Shown here piece by piece: positions 47,974-57,848 of a stretch of 64,000 bases of DNA (its first letter is position 1; each line of letters begins with the position of its first letter). The notes under the pieces were generated by a model that worked only from the letters and a program-made list of their open reading frames with translations, was not told the DNA's origin and ran no database searches. This stretch comes from Candidatus Latescibacterota bacterium (GTDB lineage Bacteria > Latescibacterota > UBA2968 > GCA-2709665): the NCBI GenBank assembly GCA_965222075.1, contig OZ244937.1:4480001-4544000 (forward strand), in the 5' to 3' direction. The position numbers were made by a program, and so were the translations under genes.

Positions 47974-49353
47974 GTGGCAGATCGGAAGACGTTTTTTTTC
48001 TGCGGCATCGGCGGCAGCGGCATGAGCGCAATCGCGCAGGTGTTGCGGCAGGAGGGCCAAGCAGTACGGGGGTCGGACCGAGGCCGGGACCGGGGGGAGA
48101 ACCGGGGGCTTTATGAGGCGCTCGCGGCTCAGGAGATTGCGCTGTATGCCCAGGACGGCTCGGGGATGGACCGGGAGGTGGACGAGGTGGTGGTTTCCAG
48201 CGCGGTCGAGGAGACGGTTCCGGACGTTCGGGCGGCGCTGCAGCTGGGGGTATCGATCCGGAACCGGGCGGAGGTGCTGGCGTGGCTGTTCAACCGGGGC
48301 GAAGGGGTGGCCGTGGGGGGGACGAGCGGGAAGACGACGGTGACGGGCATGGTCGGGCATATCCTGCGGGAGGCGGGTCGGAACCCGACGGTGATCAACG
48401 GGGGGATTATGCTCAACGCGGCTGATCCTCCCTTTCTGGGGAATGCGATCTGCGGAGATTCAAACCTGCCGGTGATCGAGGCGGATGAGCATGACGGAAC
48501 GATTGCGCTTTACCACCCGGCGGTTGCGGTGCTGACGAATATCTCGCTGGACCACAAATCGCTGGAGGAGCTGCGGCCGCTGTTTCGGGAGTTCTGCATG
48601 CGGGCGCGAAAGGCGGCGGTGGTGAACTTGGACTGTACGGAGTCTGCGGCGCTGATAGACGAACATCCCAACCGGGTGACTTTCGGGATGGAGAACGGCC
48701 GGGCGGACTTTTACGCAGAGGAGGTCGAGGCGTTTCGGGAGGGGGTGCGGTTCCGGGTGAGCGGCGTGGGGTTCCAGCTGCAAGTGCCAGGCCGGCACAA
48801 TGTGTCGAACGCCTTAGCAGCGGCCGCTGCATGCGGGGCGTTTGGCGTTCCGGTAGAGGTATCGGCAGAGGCGCTTTCCGGTTTTTTGGGGATCCAGCGG
48901 CGGTTACAGGTGGTCGGCCGTGTGAAAGGGGTGACGGTAATCGACGATTTTGCGCACAACCCGGAAAAGGTTACGGCGTCGCTGGAGACGCTGAAGGCGC
49001 ACCCGGGCCGGCTGCTGGTGATGTTCCAACCCCACGGATACGGCCCCACACGGTTTTTGAAGGAGGGACTCATTTCGGCGTTTGCAGAGGAGCTGGAAGA
49101 AACCGACCTGCTCCTTATGCCGGAGATTTATTTCGCAGGTGGGACCGCTCAGAAAGACATTTCCGCCCGCGACCTGGTCGACGCGATTGCCCGACAGGGG
49201 CGCCGGGCCGAGTTCGTCCCGGACCGGGAGGCGATTGCCCGCCGGTTCATTGAGGCGGCAAGGCCGGGGGACCGGGTGGTGGTGATGGGCGCCCGGGACG
49301 ATACGCTGGCCGAGTTTGCGCGCGGGGTGGTGGAGGGGATCGGGAAGCGGTAG
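47974..49353 (+). CDS. Mur ligase of the MurC/Mpl family
   Basis: FFCGIGGSGMSAIA, VGGTSGKTTVT, IEADEHDG, LTNISLDH, PGRHNVSNA, VIDDFAHNP, FQPHGY; GTG start at 47974. Confidence 0.9.
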   Translation: MADRKTFFFCGIGGSGMSAIAQVLRQEGQAVRGSDRGRDRGENRGLYEALAAQEIALYAQDGSGMDREVDEVVVSSAVEETVPDVRAALQLGVSIRNRAEVLAWLFNRGEGVAVGGTSGKTTVTGMVGHILREAGRNPTVINGGIMLNAADPPFLGNAICGDSNLPVIEADEHDGTIALYHPAVAVLTNISLDHKSLEELRPLFREFCMRARKAAVVNLDCTESAALIDEHPNRVTFGMENGRADFYAEEVEAFREGVRFRVSGVGFQLQVPGRHNVSNALAAAAACGAFGVPVEVSAEALSGFLGIQRRLQVVGRVKGVTVIDDFAHNPEKVTASLETLKAHPGRLLVMFQPHGYGPTRFLKEGLISAFAEELEETDLLLMPEIYFAGGTAQKDISARDLVDAIARQGRRAEFVPDREAIARRFIEAARPGDRVVVMGARDDTLAEFARGVVEGIGKR

Positions 49354-49393
49354 ACGGTCACCCAACAGACTGGAAAGATAGGAGACGCGTTTG

Positions 49394-50299
49394 ATGGTGG
49401 TCCCGCCGAGACTTCAGCCGGGCGATACGGTGGGGGTGGTGGCGCCTTCGGGGCCGTTTGAGCCGGAGCGGCTGCGCCCTGCGCTGGACTATCTGACCGG
49501 GCGGGGATACCGGGTGCGGGAGGGGAGATCGCTTTACGAGCGGGAGCGCTATCTGGCCGGGAGCGATGCGGAAAGGGCCTCGGACCTGAATGGGATGTTT
49601 GCCGATCCGCAGGTGCGGGCGATTTTTGTCGCGCGGGGGGGATACGGATCGGCGCGGGTGCTGGACCTGCTGAATTACGAGGGGATCCGTCGAAACCCCA
49701 AACCGCTGGTGGGGTTCAGCGATACCACGGCGCTGCAGCTTGGGATTTACGTCCATACGGGGCTGGTGACCTATTCGGGGGTGACGCTTTGCGCCGATGT
49801 GACGGAGGAGGGGATGCACGCGGTGACAGAGGAGACGCTGTGGAGGGCGCTGGTGAAGGGGCGGTTTCCGCCGGTGGTTGGGCTTCAGGCTTTGGGGCGG
49901 GGAGCCGCAGAGGGGCGCCTGATCGGAGGCTGCCTTTCCATGGTGGCTTCGCTGGTCGGCACGCCCTATCTGCCCGATCCTGCGGGGGCGCTGCTGTTCT
50001 TAGAGGATGTGAACGAGGCGCCCTACCGGATAGACCGGATGTTAAACCAACTCCGGATGACGGGCGTTTTCGAGCAGGCTGCCGGGGTGGTGTTCGGGCA
50101 GTTTGAGGGGTGCGAGCCGGAGCGGGAGGAGGAAGGGACCACAGCGGCGGTTTTGGAGGCGCTGGCCGGGACGATTGCCTGTCCGGTGTTCTGCGATCTG
50201 CCGTATGGACACGGGTCGGGACGGCGGGTGCTGCCTGTGGGGATGCAGGCGCGGGTGGACGAAGGCGGGATGATGGTGATTGAGGAAATTGTGATATAA
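49394..50299 (+). CDS. ldcA: LD-carboxypeptidase (peptidase S66)
   Basis: RGGYGS, GFSDTT (nucleophile Ser), LFLEDVNE, YGHG. Confidence 0.9.
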   Translation: MVVPPRLQPGDTVGVVAPSGPFEPERLRPALDYLTGRGYRVREGRSLYERERYLAGSDAERASDLNGMFADPQVRAIFVARGGYGSARVLDLLNYEGIRRNPKPLVGFSDTTALQLGIYVHTGLVTYSGVTLCADVTEEGMHAVTEETLWRALVKGRFPPVVGLQALGRGAAEGRLIGGCLSMVASLVGTPYLPDPAGALLFLEDVNEAPYRIDRMLNQLRMTGVFEQAAGVVFGQFEGCEPEREEEGTTAAVLEALAGTIACPVFCDLPYGHGSGRRVLPVGMQARVDEGGMMVIEEIVI

Positions 50300-50351
50300 T
50301 CACCGCAGAGACGCAGAGGACGCAGAGAAATACGAAAAAGGGGTAGAGAGG

Positions 50352-51212
50352 ATGTTGCAGGGTCAAGGCGCAGTGCGGGTGTTGATCGTTCCGGCGCTTT
50401 TTGCCGTGGTGTCGTGTACGACGCTGGGGCAGCTCAACCTGTTGACGACGGAGGACGAGGTGGCCATCGGCCGGCAGGCGGCGCGGGAGATTGAGCTGCA
50501 GCTCAGCCTGTACGACGATCCGGTTGTGGCGGCCTACGTCGACAGCCTGGGGCAGGCGCTGGTGCGGCATTCTAAGCGATCGAACATCCGGTACTATTTC
50601 AAAGTTGTGGATACGGAGGTGGTGAACGCGTTTGCGCTGCCAGGGGGATGGCTCTACATTAACCGGGGGTTGATTGCGGCCGCGGAGAACGAGTCGGAAC
50701 TGGCCGGGGTGGTCGGGCACGAGATCGGGCACGTGGTGGGTCGGCACGGGGCGCGGCAGATCACCAAAGCGTTCGGGCTTCAGATGTTGCTTGAACTGGC
50801 GGTGGGCGAGAAGCCTTCGGCGGCGCGGCAGATTGCGGGGCAGTTTGCAGAGGTCGGGGCGGGGTTGACCCTGTTGAAGTACGGGCGGGAGGCGGAGCGG
50901 GAGGCGGATCGGTTTGCGGTGGAGGAGACCTATGCGGCCGGGATCGACCCGGAGGGGATGGCGACCTTTTTCGAGAAGCTGATGGCGATGCACGCGTCGG
51001 AGCCGAAGGGGGTGGAGGTCTGGTTTTCGACCCATCCGCCGAGCCGGGAGCGGATTGCCAATGTGCGCGCGCAGATCCAGAAGCTGCCGCCCAAGCCGGG
51101 GCTGAAGGCGGATTCCAAACGGTTCGGGGAGGTCAAGGCGCGGATTTTGGAAAGACAGGCGTCGGGGGCAAGGATCGGAGGCCACGGGGCAGGAGACAGG
51201 AGGCGGAGGTAG
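50352..51212 (+). CDS. M48 family zinc metalloprotease lipoprotein
   Basis: Lipobox VVSC, VNAFALPGG, HEIGH (HExxH), EREAD, STHP. Confidence 0.92.
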   Translation: MLQGQGAVRVLIVPALFAVVSCTTLGQLNLLTTEDEVAIGRQAAREIELQLSLYDDPVVAAYVDSLGQALVRHSKRSNIRYYFKVVDTEVVNAFALPGGWLYINRGLIAAAENESELAGVVGHEIGHVVGRHGARQITKAFGLQMLLELAVGEKPSAARQIAGQFAEVGAGLTLLKYGREAEREADRFAVEETYAAGIDPEGMATFFEKLMAMHASEPKGVEVWFSTHPPSRERIANVRAQIQKLPPKPGLKADSKRFGEVKARILERQASGARIGGHGAGDRRRR

Positions 51213-51299
51213 AGGCCTGGATTTCGAATTGGAGAGGCAGATGATGTCGAGGGAAGGGTTGAGACGAAAGCGGCTGCTTCTGTTGAACGATTAAGCGTG

Positions 51300-52610
51300 T
51301 TACGTCGTTCGTGTCTCGTTGTAGCGGCTTTGCCTGAGTGTTTCGAGAACCTCAAAATAGCTCGGAAAGGTCTTGTTCACACATTTCGGATTCCGGATGG
51401 CGATTCCCGGGCAGACCAGGCCGACCAGCGCGAGGCCCATGGCCATCCGGTGGTCGTCGTAGGTCTCCAGTTCGGCTGGGTGGATCTGATCGGTGGGGTG
51501 GACGGTGAGCCCGTCGTGCCGGGTGTCGACCTGTACGCCGAGTTTCCGGAGTTCGGCGGCCAGGGCGGCGATGCGATCGGTTTCCTTGATGCGCATGTGG
51601 GCCACGTTTCGCACGGTGACCGGATCGGAGGCGAAGGGGGCGATCGCGCAGAGGGTCTGGACAATGTCGGACATGCTGTTCATGTCGATTTCGATCCCGG
51701 CGAGTTTTTGAGGGCCTTGCACCTCGATCCCGTCGGGGGCTTTCTGTACCCGGCAGCCCATCCGCTCTAAGATGTCCACAAAGCCGACGTCGCCCTGGGC
51801 GGATTCCCCCGTGAGGCCCCGGACTTTGATCCGGCCGCCGGTGAGCGCGGCGGCGGCGAAGAAGTAGGAGGCGTTGGATGCGTCGGGTTCGATGCGGTAG
51901 GACCGGGGACGGTAGCGCTGCTGGGCACGCACGAAGAAGGTGTTGTAGCCGTCGTTGAGGACCTCTACGCCGAAGTCGTGCATGATGTCTAAGGTGATGT
52001 CGATATAGGGTTTGGAGACGAGAGCGCCCCGCACCCGGATTTCCACGTCGTTCTCGGCGTAAGGGGCCACCAGAAGGAGGGCGGTGAAGTACTGGCTGCT
52101 TTTGTCTCCGGGCATAAAGGCGCGCCCGCCCTTGAGGCCGGAGGCCTCCACGAGGACCGGAGGACAGCCGTTTCCCTGCAGGCTGCGTGCCTCCACGCCG
52201 AGGGAACGGAGGCCGTCCAAGAGGTCCTGGATGGGACGCTGCCGCATGCGGGGCACGCCGTCTAAGGTGTAGACGCCTCGGCCGAGGCCGAGGTAGGCGG
52301 TGAGGAAGCGGGCGGTGGTACCGGAGTTGTCCACAAAGAGGCGGGCCTCCCGGGCGGGGACTCGCCCGCCGGTTCCGGTGACGGTAAAGGTCGCATTGGC
52401 CTCATCGGCCTGCACAGCGATGCCGAGGGTTTTGAGCCCCTCGGCCATGTGGTGGGTGTCATCGCTGAAGAGGACGCCGGAGAGGCACGATTCCCCCTTG
52501 GCCAAGGCGGCGATGAGCAGCGCCCGGTTGGTGTAGCTTTTGGAGCCGGGAACGGCAACATCGGCGTCAACCGGGCCGGTGAGAGGCCGGATTTGGAGGG
52601 TGTCTGGCAT
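51300..52610 (-). CDS. aroA: 3-phosphoshikimate 1-carboxyvinyltransferase (EPSP synthase)
   Basis: VPGSKSYTNRAL, DNSGTTARF, SSQYFTALL, SKPYIDIT, RIKETDRI, DDHRMAM, KTFP. Confidence 0.97.
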   Translation of the reverse strand: MPDTLQIRPLTGPVDADVAVPGSKSYTNRALLIAALAKGESCLSGVLFSDDTHHMAEGLKTLGIAVQADEANATFTVTGTGGRVPAREARLFVDNSGTTARFLTAYLGLGRGVYTLDGVPRMRQRPIQDLLDGLRSLGVEARSLQGNGCPPVLVEASGLKGGRAFMPGDKSSQYFTALLLVAPYAENDVEIRVRGALVSKPYIDITLDIMHDFGVEVLNDGYNTFFVRAQQRYRPRSYRIEPDASNASYFFAAAALTGGRIKVRGLTGESAQGDVGFVDILERMGCRVQKAPDGIEVQGPQKLAGIEIDMNSMSDIVQTLCAIAPFASDPVTVRNVAHMRIKETDRIAALAAELRKLGVQVDTRHDGLTVHPTDQIHPAELETYDDHRMAMGLALVGLVCPGIAIRNPKCVNKTFPSYFEVLETLRQSRYNETRTT

Positions 52611-53006
52611 AATTTATAAGGTAATAGAAAGGGGGAAGGAGTTCAATAGAGAAATTGTGGATCTCGGATTGGGGAGGAACCGCGACATATTGGGTGGGGT
52701 AGGGAAAGCTGCCGCCTTTTCTTGTGGCAGTTATAAAAAAATTTCTTTCGGAACTTCAGGTTATTTCGGACGTTATCGCCACCTGCTTTTTTGACTGCCA
52801 ATCTGTCGCTTGACTTTTTGCCCCCCCGGAGGTTAGATTATACCGCATCGGGGCGATTCTTTCCATGCCCTCCCCCCTGTCCCTTCCCCCCCGCTGTGTC
52901 CCCACGCGGGCCTCAGGCCTCGATACTCCTTATCACCTCCGATCTATTCTTCAGTTGAACGGGCCTTCCCCCGCTGTTGGTCCTATTTTCCCGTGGGGAG
53001 ATGACG

Positions 53007-56000
53007 ATGAAGCAGGCCGAGTTTGTCCACCTCCATAGCCACACGATGTTCAGCCTCCTGGACGGGGCATGCAAGATTCAGGACATTGCTCAGAGGGCCG
53101 CCGAGTGGGGTATGCCGGCCGTGGCGATGACCGACCACGGCAACCTGTTCGGGGCGATCGATTTCTACAGGGAGATGCGGGAGGTAGGGGTCAAGCCGAT
53201 CATCGGCTGCGAGGTCTACTGTGCCATTGAGGACCGGTTTTCCAGGCAGCCGGCCCGGGGCGTCCCGAGCGGGTCCAACCATCTGGTGCTCTTAGCCAAA
53301 GACCTTGCCGGGTATAAGAATCTGATCAAGCTGGTCTCGGCCGGATACTTAGAGGGGTTTTATTACCATCCAAGGGTGGACAAGGAGTTGCTTCGACGGC
53401 ATTCGGAGGGGCTGATCTGTCTGTCGGCCTGCGTGAGCGGCGAAATTCCCCACCTGATCGAGCGGGAGGGGATGGTGGCCGCCCGGAAGGGCGTGGAAGA
53501 CTACCTGGATATTTTCGGCGAGGATTTTTATCTGGAAATCCAGCGGCAAGGCATCGACCGGGAGGCGAAGATCAACGAGGGGCTGCTGCGGCTGCACAAG
53601 GAAATGGAGGTGGGGTTGGTGGCCACGAACGATTCGCACTTTTTGGGTGCGGAGGATCACGAAGCCCACGCGGTGCTTGTGGCCATCCAGACGGGGAAGA
53701 CCTTAAACGATCCGAACCGGATGTGTTATCAGAAGAGCGTCTATTTTAAATCCGCCGAAGAGATGTACGAACGCTTCAGCGATCTGCCCCAGGCGCTGGA
53801 AGCGACGCTGGAGATTGCAGAGAAGTGCGACCTCGAAATTCCTATGGATGAGGGCAACGCGCCTGAATTTCCCCTGCCAGCGGGCTACGAGACGGCGGAC
53901 GCCTACTTAGCGGATCTGGCCCGGGAGGGGATGGAGCGGCATTGTAAGCAGGTGACTTTGGGGTATGAGGAGCGCCTGAAGTATGAGCTGGACATCATCG
54001 GTCGGGCCGGCTATTCGGGCTACTTTCTGATTGTGAGCGATTTTGTGCGTTTTGCCAGCGAAACAAATATTCGTGCGTCTGCACGCGGGTCTGTGTTGAG
54101 CAGCCTGGTGGCCTACGTATTGGGGATCACGGCTCTGGATCCGATCGAGTACGGGCTCTACTTCGAACGGTTCTTGAATCTGGAGCGGATTTCTCCCCCC
54201 GACATCGATATCGACATTGCGGATCGGGACAGGGAAAAGCTGATTGACTACGTGGTGGAGAAGTACGGGCGAGACAACGTCTGCCAGATTATTACGTTTG
54301 GTACAATGGGGGCCAAAGGGGTGATTCGGGATGTGGGGCGTGTGCTGGACATGCCATTTGCAGAGGTGGACAGGATTTCCAAGCTGGTGCCTGCGGAACT
54401 GAAGGTGACGCTGGACAGGGCCCTGGGCATGTCGCCGGAGCTGAAGCGGGTTTCCCAAGACGGCGGGGAGGGCCAGAGGCTGCTCTCGATCGCCCGACAG
54501 CTTGAGGGCTTAGCCCGGCACACGTCGATTCATGCAGCCGGCGTTGTGATTACGCCCAGACCCCTTACAGAATACCTCCCGCTCTACAAAGCATCCAAGG
54601 GGGGTGAGGTTGTGACCCAGTATAACTGGCACCATGTGGAGGATCTGGGTTTTTTAAAGATGGACTTTTTGGGGTTGCGCAATCTGACAGTGCTGGATGA
54701 TACCGTCGAAATGGTTGAGCAGAACCACGGGATCAGGGTCGATATCGATTCTCTCCCCTTAGACGACCAGGAGGCCTTAAAGCTGTTCGGGAAGGGAGAG
54801 ACTACCGGGGTCTTCCAGTTTGAAAGCAGTGGGATGCGGGACTATCTCAAGAGGCTGCAGCCGGACCGGATTGAAGATATTATTGCGATGAACGCCCTCT
54901 ACCGGCCCGGGCCGATGAAGTATATCCCCAACTATATTGACAGGAAACAGGGCAGAGAAGGGGTGACCTATCCCCATCCGGTTTTGGAACCCGCCTTAAA
55001 AGAGACCTACGGAATTATTACCTACCAGGAACAGGTACAGCGGATCTGCCGGGATATGGCCGGGTTTTCGCTTGCCAAAGCCGATGGTGTACGCCAGGCG
55101 ATGGGCAAGAAGCTGGCAGATGTGATGGAGCAGTATAAAACCGATTTTATAGAGGGCGCCAAGAAAAACCAGGTGAAGGCGGAGACGGCAAGGAAGATCT
55201 GGGCCGATATGGAGGTCTTCTCCGGTTACGGCTTTAACAAGGCGCACAGTTCCGGTTATGCGTTTGTGGCCTATCAGGCCGCCTATCTGAAGGCGCACTA
55301 CCCGGCCGAATATATGGCGGCCAATCTGAACAGCGAGATCGGCGATATTGAGCGGCTGGTGGTTTTGATTGACGAGTGCCGGCGGATAGGGCTGGAGGTG
55401 CTGCCGCCGGACGTGAACGAGAGCACCGTGGACTTTATGGCCTCGAAGGGACGCATCCGAATGGGGATGGCGGCGGTGCGCAACGTGGGGAAGGGCGCGG
55501 TGGAGACGGTTGTGACCGCGCGGGAGGCCGATGGCCCGTTTTCGTCTCTGTTTGATTTTTGTGAGCGGGTGGATTTGCGCGCCGTGAACCGGCGCGCGGT
55601 CGAAAGCCTGATTTGCGCTGGGGCGCTAGATTCTTTAGAGGGGCACCGCGCCCAGTTGCTGGCAGGCCTGGAGCGGGCGATGGATATGGCCCAGGCGGCG
55701 CAGGCCAACCGGCAGCGGGGGCAAATCTCCCTCTTTGAATCCGAGGCGATGGCCGCCCAGGCGGCGGTGGTGAACAACCAAGTGCTTCCCGGGGTGCCGG
55801 AGTGGACGGTGCCGGAGCGGCTGGCCCGGGAGAAGGAGATGCTTGGTTTTTATCTGTCAGGCCACCCGCTGGAGAAGTACAGGGTTGATCTGGTCTCTAT
55901 GGGCATCCGGTCGGTGAAAGAGATGGAAGGCCTGCCGGAGGGGACCGAGATCAGGCTGGGGGGGCTGCTGACGGAAGTGAAACCCCATACCGATAAAAAC

Positions 56001-56489
56001 GGCCGGGCGATGGCCTTTGGCACGCTGGAGGACTTGGAGGGGGCGGTTGACCTGGTGGTCTTTCCGGATGTGTTTGAAAAGATCCGGGAGGATCTGAGCG
56101 CCGATGCGATAGTCGTTTTGCAAGGGAGGCTTTCGGGGCGCAATGGACGGACGTCGGTGCAGGTGGAGCAGGTGGTTCCAATGGAGAAGGCGCGGAAGGA
56201 ATTGGCCGATTCGGTGAATGTGCTGCTGCCCCCTGAGGATTTAAACACCGAACGCTTAGAGGCGCTCAAGGCGCTGCTTGAACGCTACAAGGGGGATTGT
56301 GCGCTCTATCTGCACCTGCAGCTGGAGGGGGACCGGCGGACGGTTATCCGGTCACGGCGGTTGAGCGTATCGCCTTCGGAGACGCTGGTCTCGGAGATTG
56401 CCGAGCTGACAGAAGGACGGGCGCGGACATGGGTCTCGGCGGAGGATGTGCGGACGAGGCAGGCAGCAGGGCGGACTCAGGCGGTGTAG
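53007..56489 (+). CDS. dnaE: DNA polymerase III alpha subunit
   Basis: PHP motifs HLHSH, TDHGNLFG and TNDSH; FERFLNLER..PDIDID; HAAGVVI; KMDFLGL; YGFNKAHS; C-terminal OB fold. Confidence 0.98.
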   Translation: MKQAEFVHLHSHTMFSLLDGACKIQDIAQRAAEWGMPAVAMTDHGNLFGAIDFYREMREVGVKPIIGCEVYCAIEDRFSRQPARGVPSGSNHLVLLAKDLAGYKNLIKLVSAGYLEGFYYHPRVDKELLRRHSEGLICLSACVSGEIPHLIEREGMVAARKGVEDYLDIFGEDFYLEIQRQGIDREAKINEGLLRLHKEMEVGLVATNDSHFLGAEDHEAHAVLVAIQTGKTLNDPNRMCYQKSVYFKSAEEMYERFSDLPQALEATLEIAEKCDLEIPMDEGNAPEFPLPAGYETADAYLADLAREGMERHCKQVTLGYEERLKYELDIIGRAGYSGYFLIVSDFVRFASETNIRASARGSVLSSLVAYVLGITALDPIEYGLYFERFLNLERISPPDIDIDIADRDREKLIDYVVEKYGRDNVCQIITFGTMGAKGVIRDVGRVLDMPFAEVDRISKLVPAELKVTLDRALGMSPELKRVSQDGGEGQRLLSIARQLEGLARHTSIHAAGVVITPRPLTEYLPLYKASKGGEVVTQYNWHHVEDLGFLKMDFLGLRNLTVLDDTVEMVEQNHGIRVDIDSLPLDDQEALKLFGKGETTGVFQFESSGMRDYLKRLQPDRIEDIIAMNALYRPGPMKYIPNYIDRKQGREGVTYPHPVLEPALKETYGIITYQEQVQRICRDMAGFSLAKADGVRQAMGKKLADVMEQYKTDFIEGAKKNQVKAETARKIWADMEVFSGYGFNKAHSSGYAFVAYQAAYLKAHYPAEYMAANLNSEIGDIERLVVLIDECRRIGLEVLPPDVNESTVDFMASKGRIRMGMAAVRNVGKGAVETVVTAREADGPFSSLFDFCERVDLRAVNRRAVESLICAGALDSLEGHRAQLLAGLERAMDMAQAAQANRQRGQISLFESEAMAAQAAVVNNQVLPGVPEWTVPERLAREKEMLGFYLSGHPLEKYRVDLVSMGIRSVKEMEGLPEGTEIRLGGLLTEVKPHTDKNGRAMAFGTLEDLEGAVDLVVFPDVFEKIREDLSADAIVVLQGRLSGRNGRTSVQVEQVVPMEKARKELADSVNVLLPPEDLNTERLEALKALLERYKGDCALYLHLQLEGDRRTVIRSRRLSVSPSETLVSEIAELTEGRARTWVSAEDVRTRQAAGRTQAV

Positions 56490-56513
56490 GTAGATAAAAA
56501 GGGGAGAAAGGGC

Positions 56514-56554
56514 CAGGGCCTGATCTGCGACAGCAGGTTGGGCCCTGTTTTTTT
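56514..56554 (+). terminator. Intrinsic terminator downstream of dnaE
   Basis: CAGGGCCTGATCTGC-GACA-GCAGGTTGGGCCCTG followed by T7. Confidence 0.75.
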
Positions 56555-56621
56555 GAATTTCGGATTTCGGATTGAAAGCCCTTCATTCCGCAATCCGCAA
56601 TTTCTCAGGGGGAGGGGTCTG

Positions 56622-57842
56622 TCAGTAGTACTCGTGCCTGCGGCTGTGGATATTAAGGAGGAAGCCGATGAGGACCATGTTGACGACCAGGGGGGAGCCC
56701 CCGTAGCTGAGAAAGGGCAGGGGGAGGCCGGTAACGGGCATAACGCCGATGGTCATGCCGATATTGACAAAGATGTGAAAGACGAGGATGGAGACCAGCC
56801 CGATAGAGACCAGGCTGGAAAAGCGGCTTTTGACCTGGGTGGCGATCTGGATGGCACGCCAGATGATGAAGAAGAAGAGGGCCAGCACGATCAAGGCGCC
56901 GACAAATCCGAATTCTTCGCCGACGACCGAAAAGATGAAGTCGGTGTGCTGCTCGGGAAGGAAGGCGAATTTGGTCTGGGTGCCCTGCAGGAACCCTTTG
57001 CCGTTGAGGCCTCCAGAGCCGATGGCGATCCGGGATTGGATGACCTGGTAGCCTGCGCCGAGTTTGTCCATATCGGGATTTAGAAAGGTGAGGATTCGCC
57101 GCTGCTGGTAGTCGTAGAGCTTGTGGTAGAAGAGATAGGGCGCGCCCACGGCAACGGTGAGGTTGACTAAGACGACGGTGAGGACGCCCGGCAGGCGGGG
57201 GCGCACCCAAAACAGGACGCCCGCCAGGAGGAGTGTGAAGGCGGTGAGGGCATAGCTATTAAACGCGCAGATCAGGCTCAGGACGGGTGAGATGATGAAA
57301 AAGAGGACTACGGGGCGAAGCCCGGCCCAGAAGAGGATGGGCAGAAGGATCGCTCCAAAGACGAGCGCGGTGCCCAGGTCGGGCTGTTTATAGACCAGGA
57401 AGGTGGGTGCCAGGACCAGGAGGACGGGCGCGAGGAAGGTGCGCACCCGGCTCAGATTCAGGTTGCGCTTGGAGAGGTAGCGCGCCAAGGCCAGGACGGT
57501 GGCGATCTTGGCCAACTCAGAGGGCTGAACGTGGATGGGACCGAGGTTGAACCACCTCCGATCGCCGAATTCGAGGACCAGAACGAGGAGGAAGACGGCC
57601 ATGCCGTAGAGGATGTAGGCAAAGGCGTAGTAGAATTTGAGCGGAATGGCGATTGTCAGGACGAGACCCAGCAAGGCGATCAGGGCCCAGACAATCTGTT
57701 TTTTATAGACCTCTCCCGCGGATCCCAGTTCCCAATTGTAGGTTGTACTGTAGATCATGGTGATCCCAAGCAGGGTGATCAGGCAGACGGCCGTGAGGAG
57801 AGACAGGTCGAGTTCGCGCGAGACAAAACGGGAGAGGTTCAT
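56622..57842 (-). CDS. rodA: Rod shape-determining protein RodA (SEDS family)
   Basis: QPSELAK, QPDLGTA, YQQRRI, GYQVIQSRIAIGSGG, LPEQHTDFIF, GLPLPFLSYGGS. Confidence 0.95.
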   Translation of the reverse strand: MNLSRFVSRELDLSLLTAVCLITLLGITMIYSTTYNWELGSAGEVYKKQIVWALIALLGLVLTIAIPLKFYYAFAYILYGMAVFLLVLVLEFGDRRWFNLGPIHVQPSELAKIATVLALARYLSKRNLNLSRVRTFLAPVLLVLAPTFLVYKQPDLGTALVFGAILLPILFWAGLRPVVLFFIISPVLSLICAFNSYALTAFTLLLAGVLFWVRPRLPGVLTVVLVNLTVAVGAPYLFYHKLYDYQQRRILTFLNPDMDKLGAGYQVIQSRIAIGSGGLNGKGFLQGTQTKFAFLPEQHTDFIFSVVGEEFGFVGALIVLALFFFIIWRAIQIATQVKSRFSSLVSIGLVSILVFHIFVNIGMTIGVMPVTGLPLPFLSYGGSPLVVNMVLIGFLLNIHSRRHEYY

Positions 57843-57848
57843 CGGACG

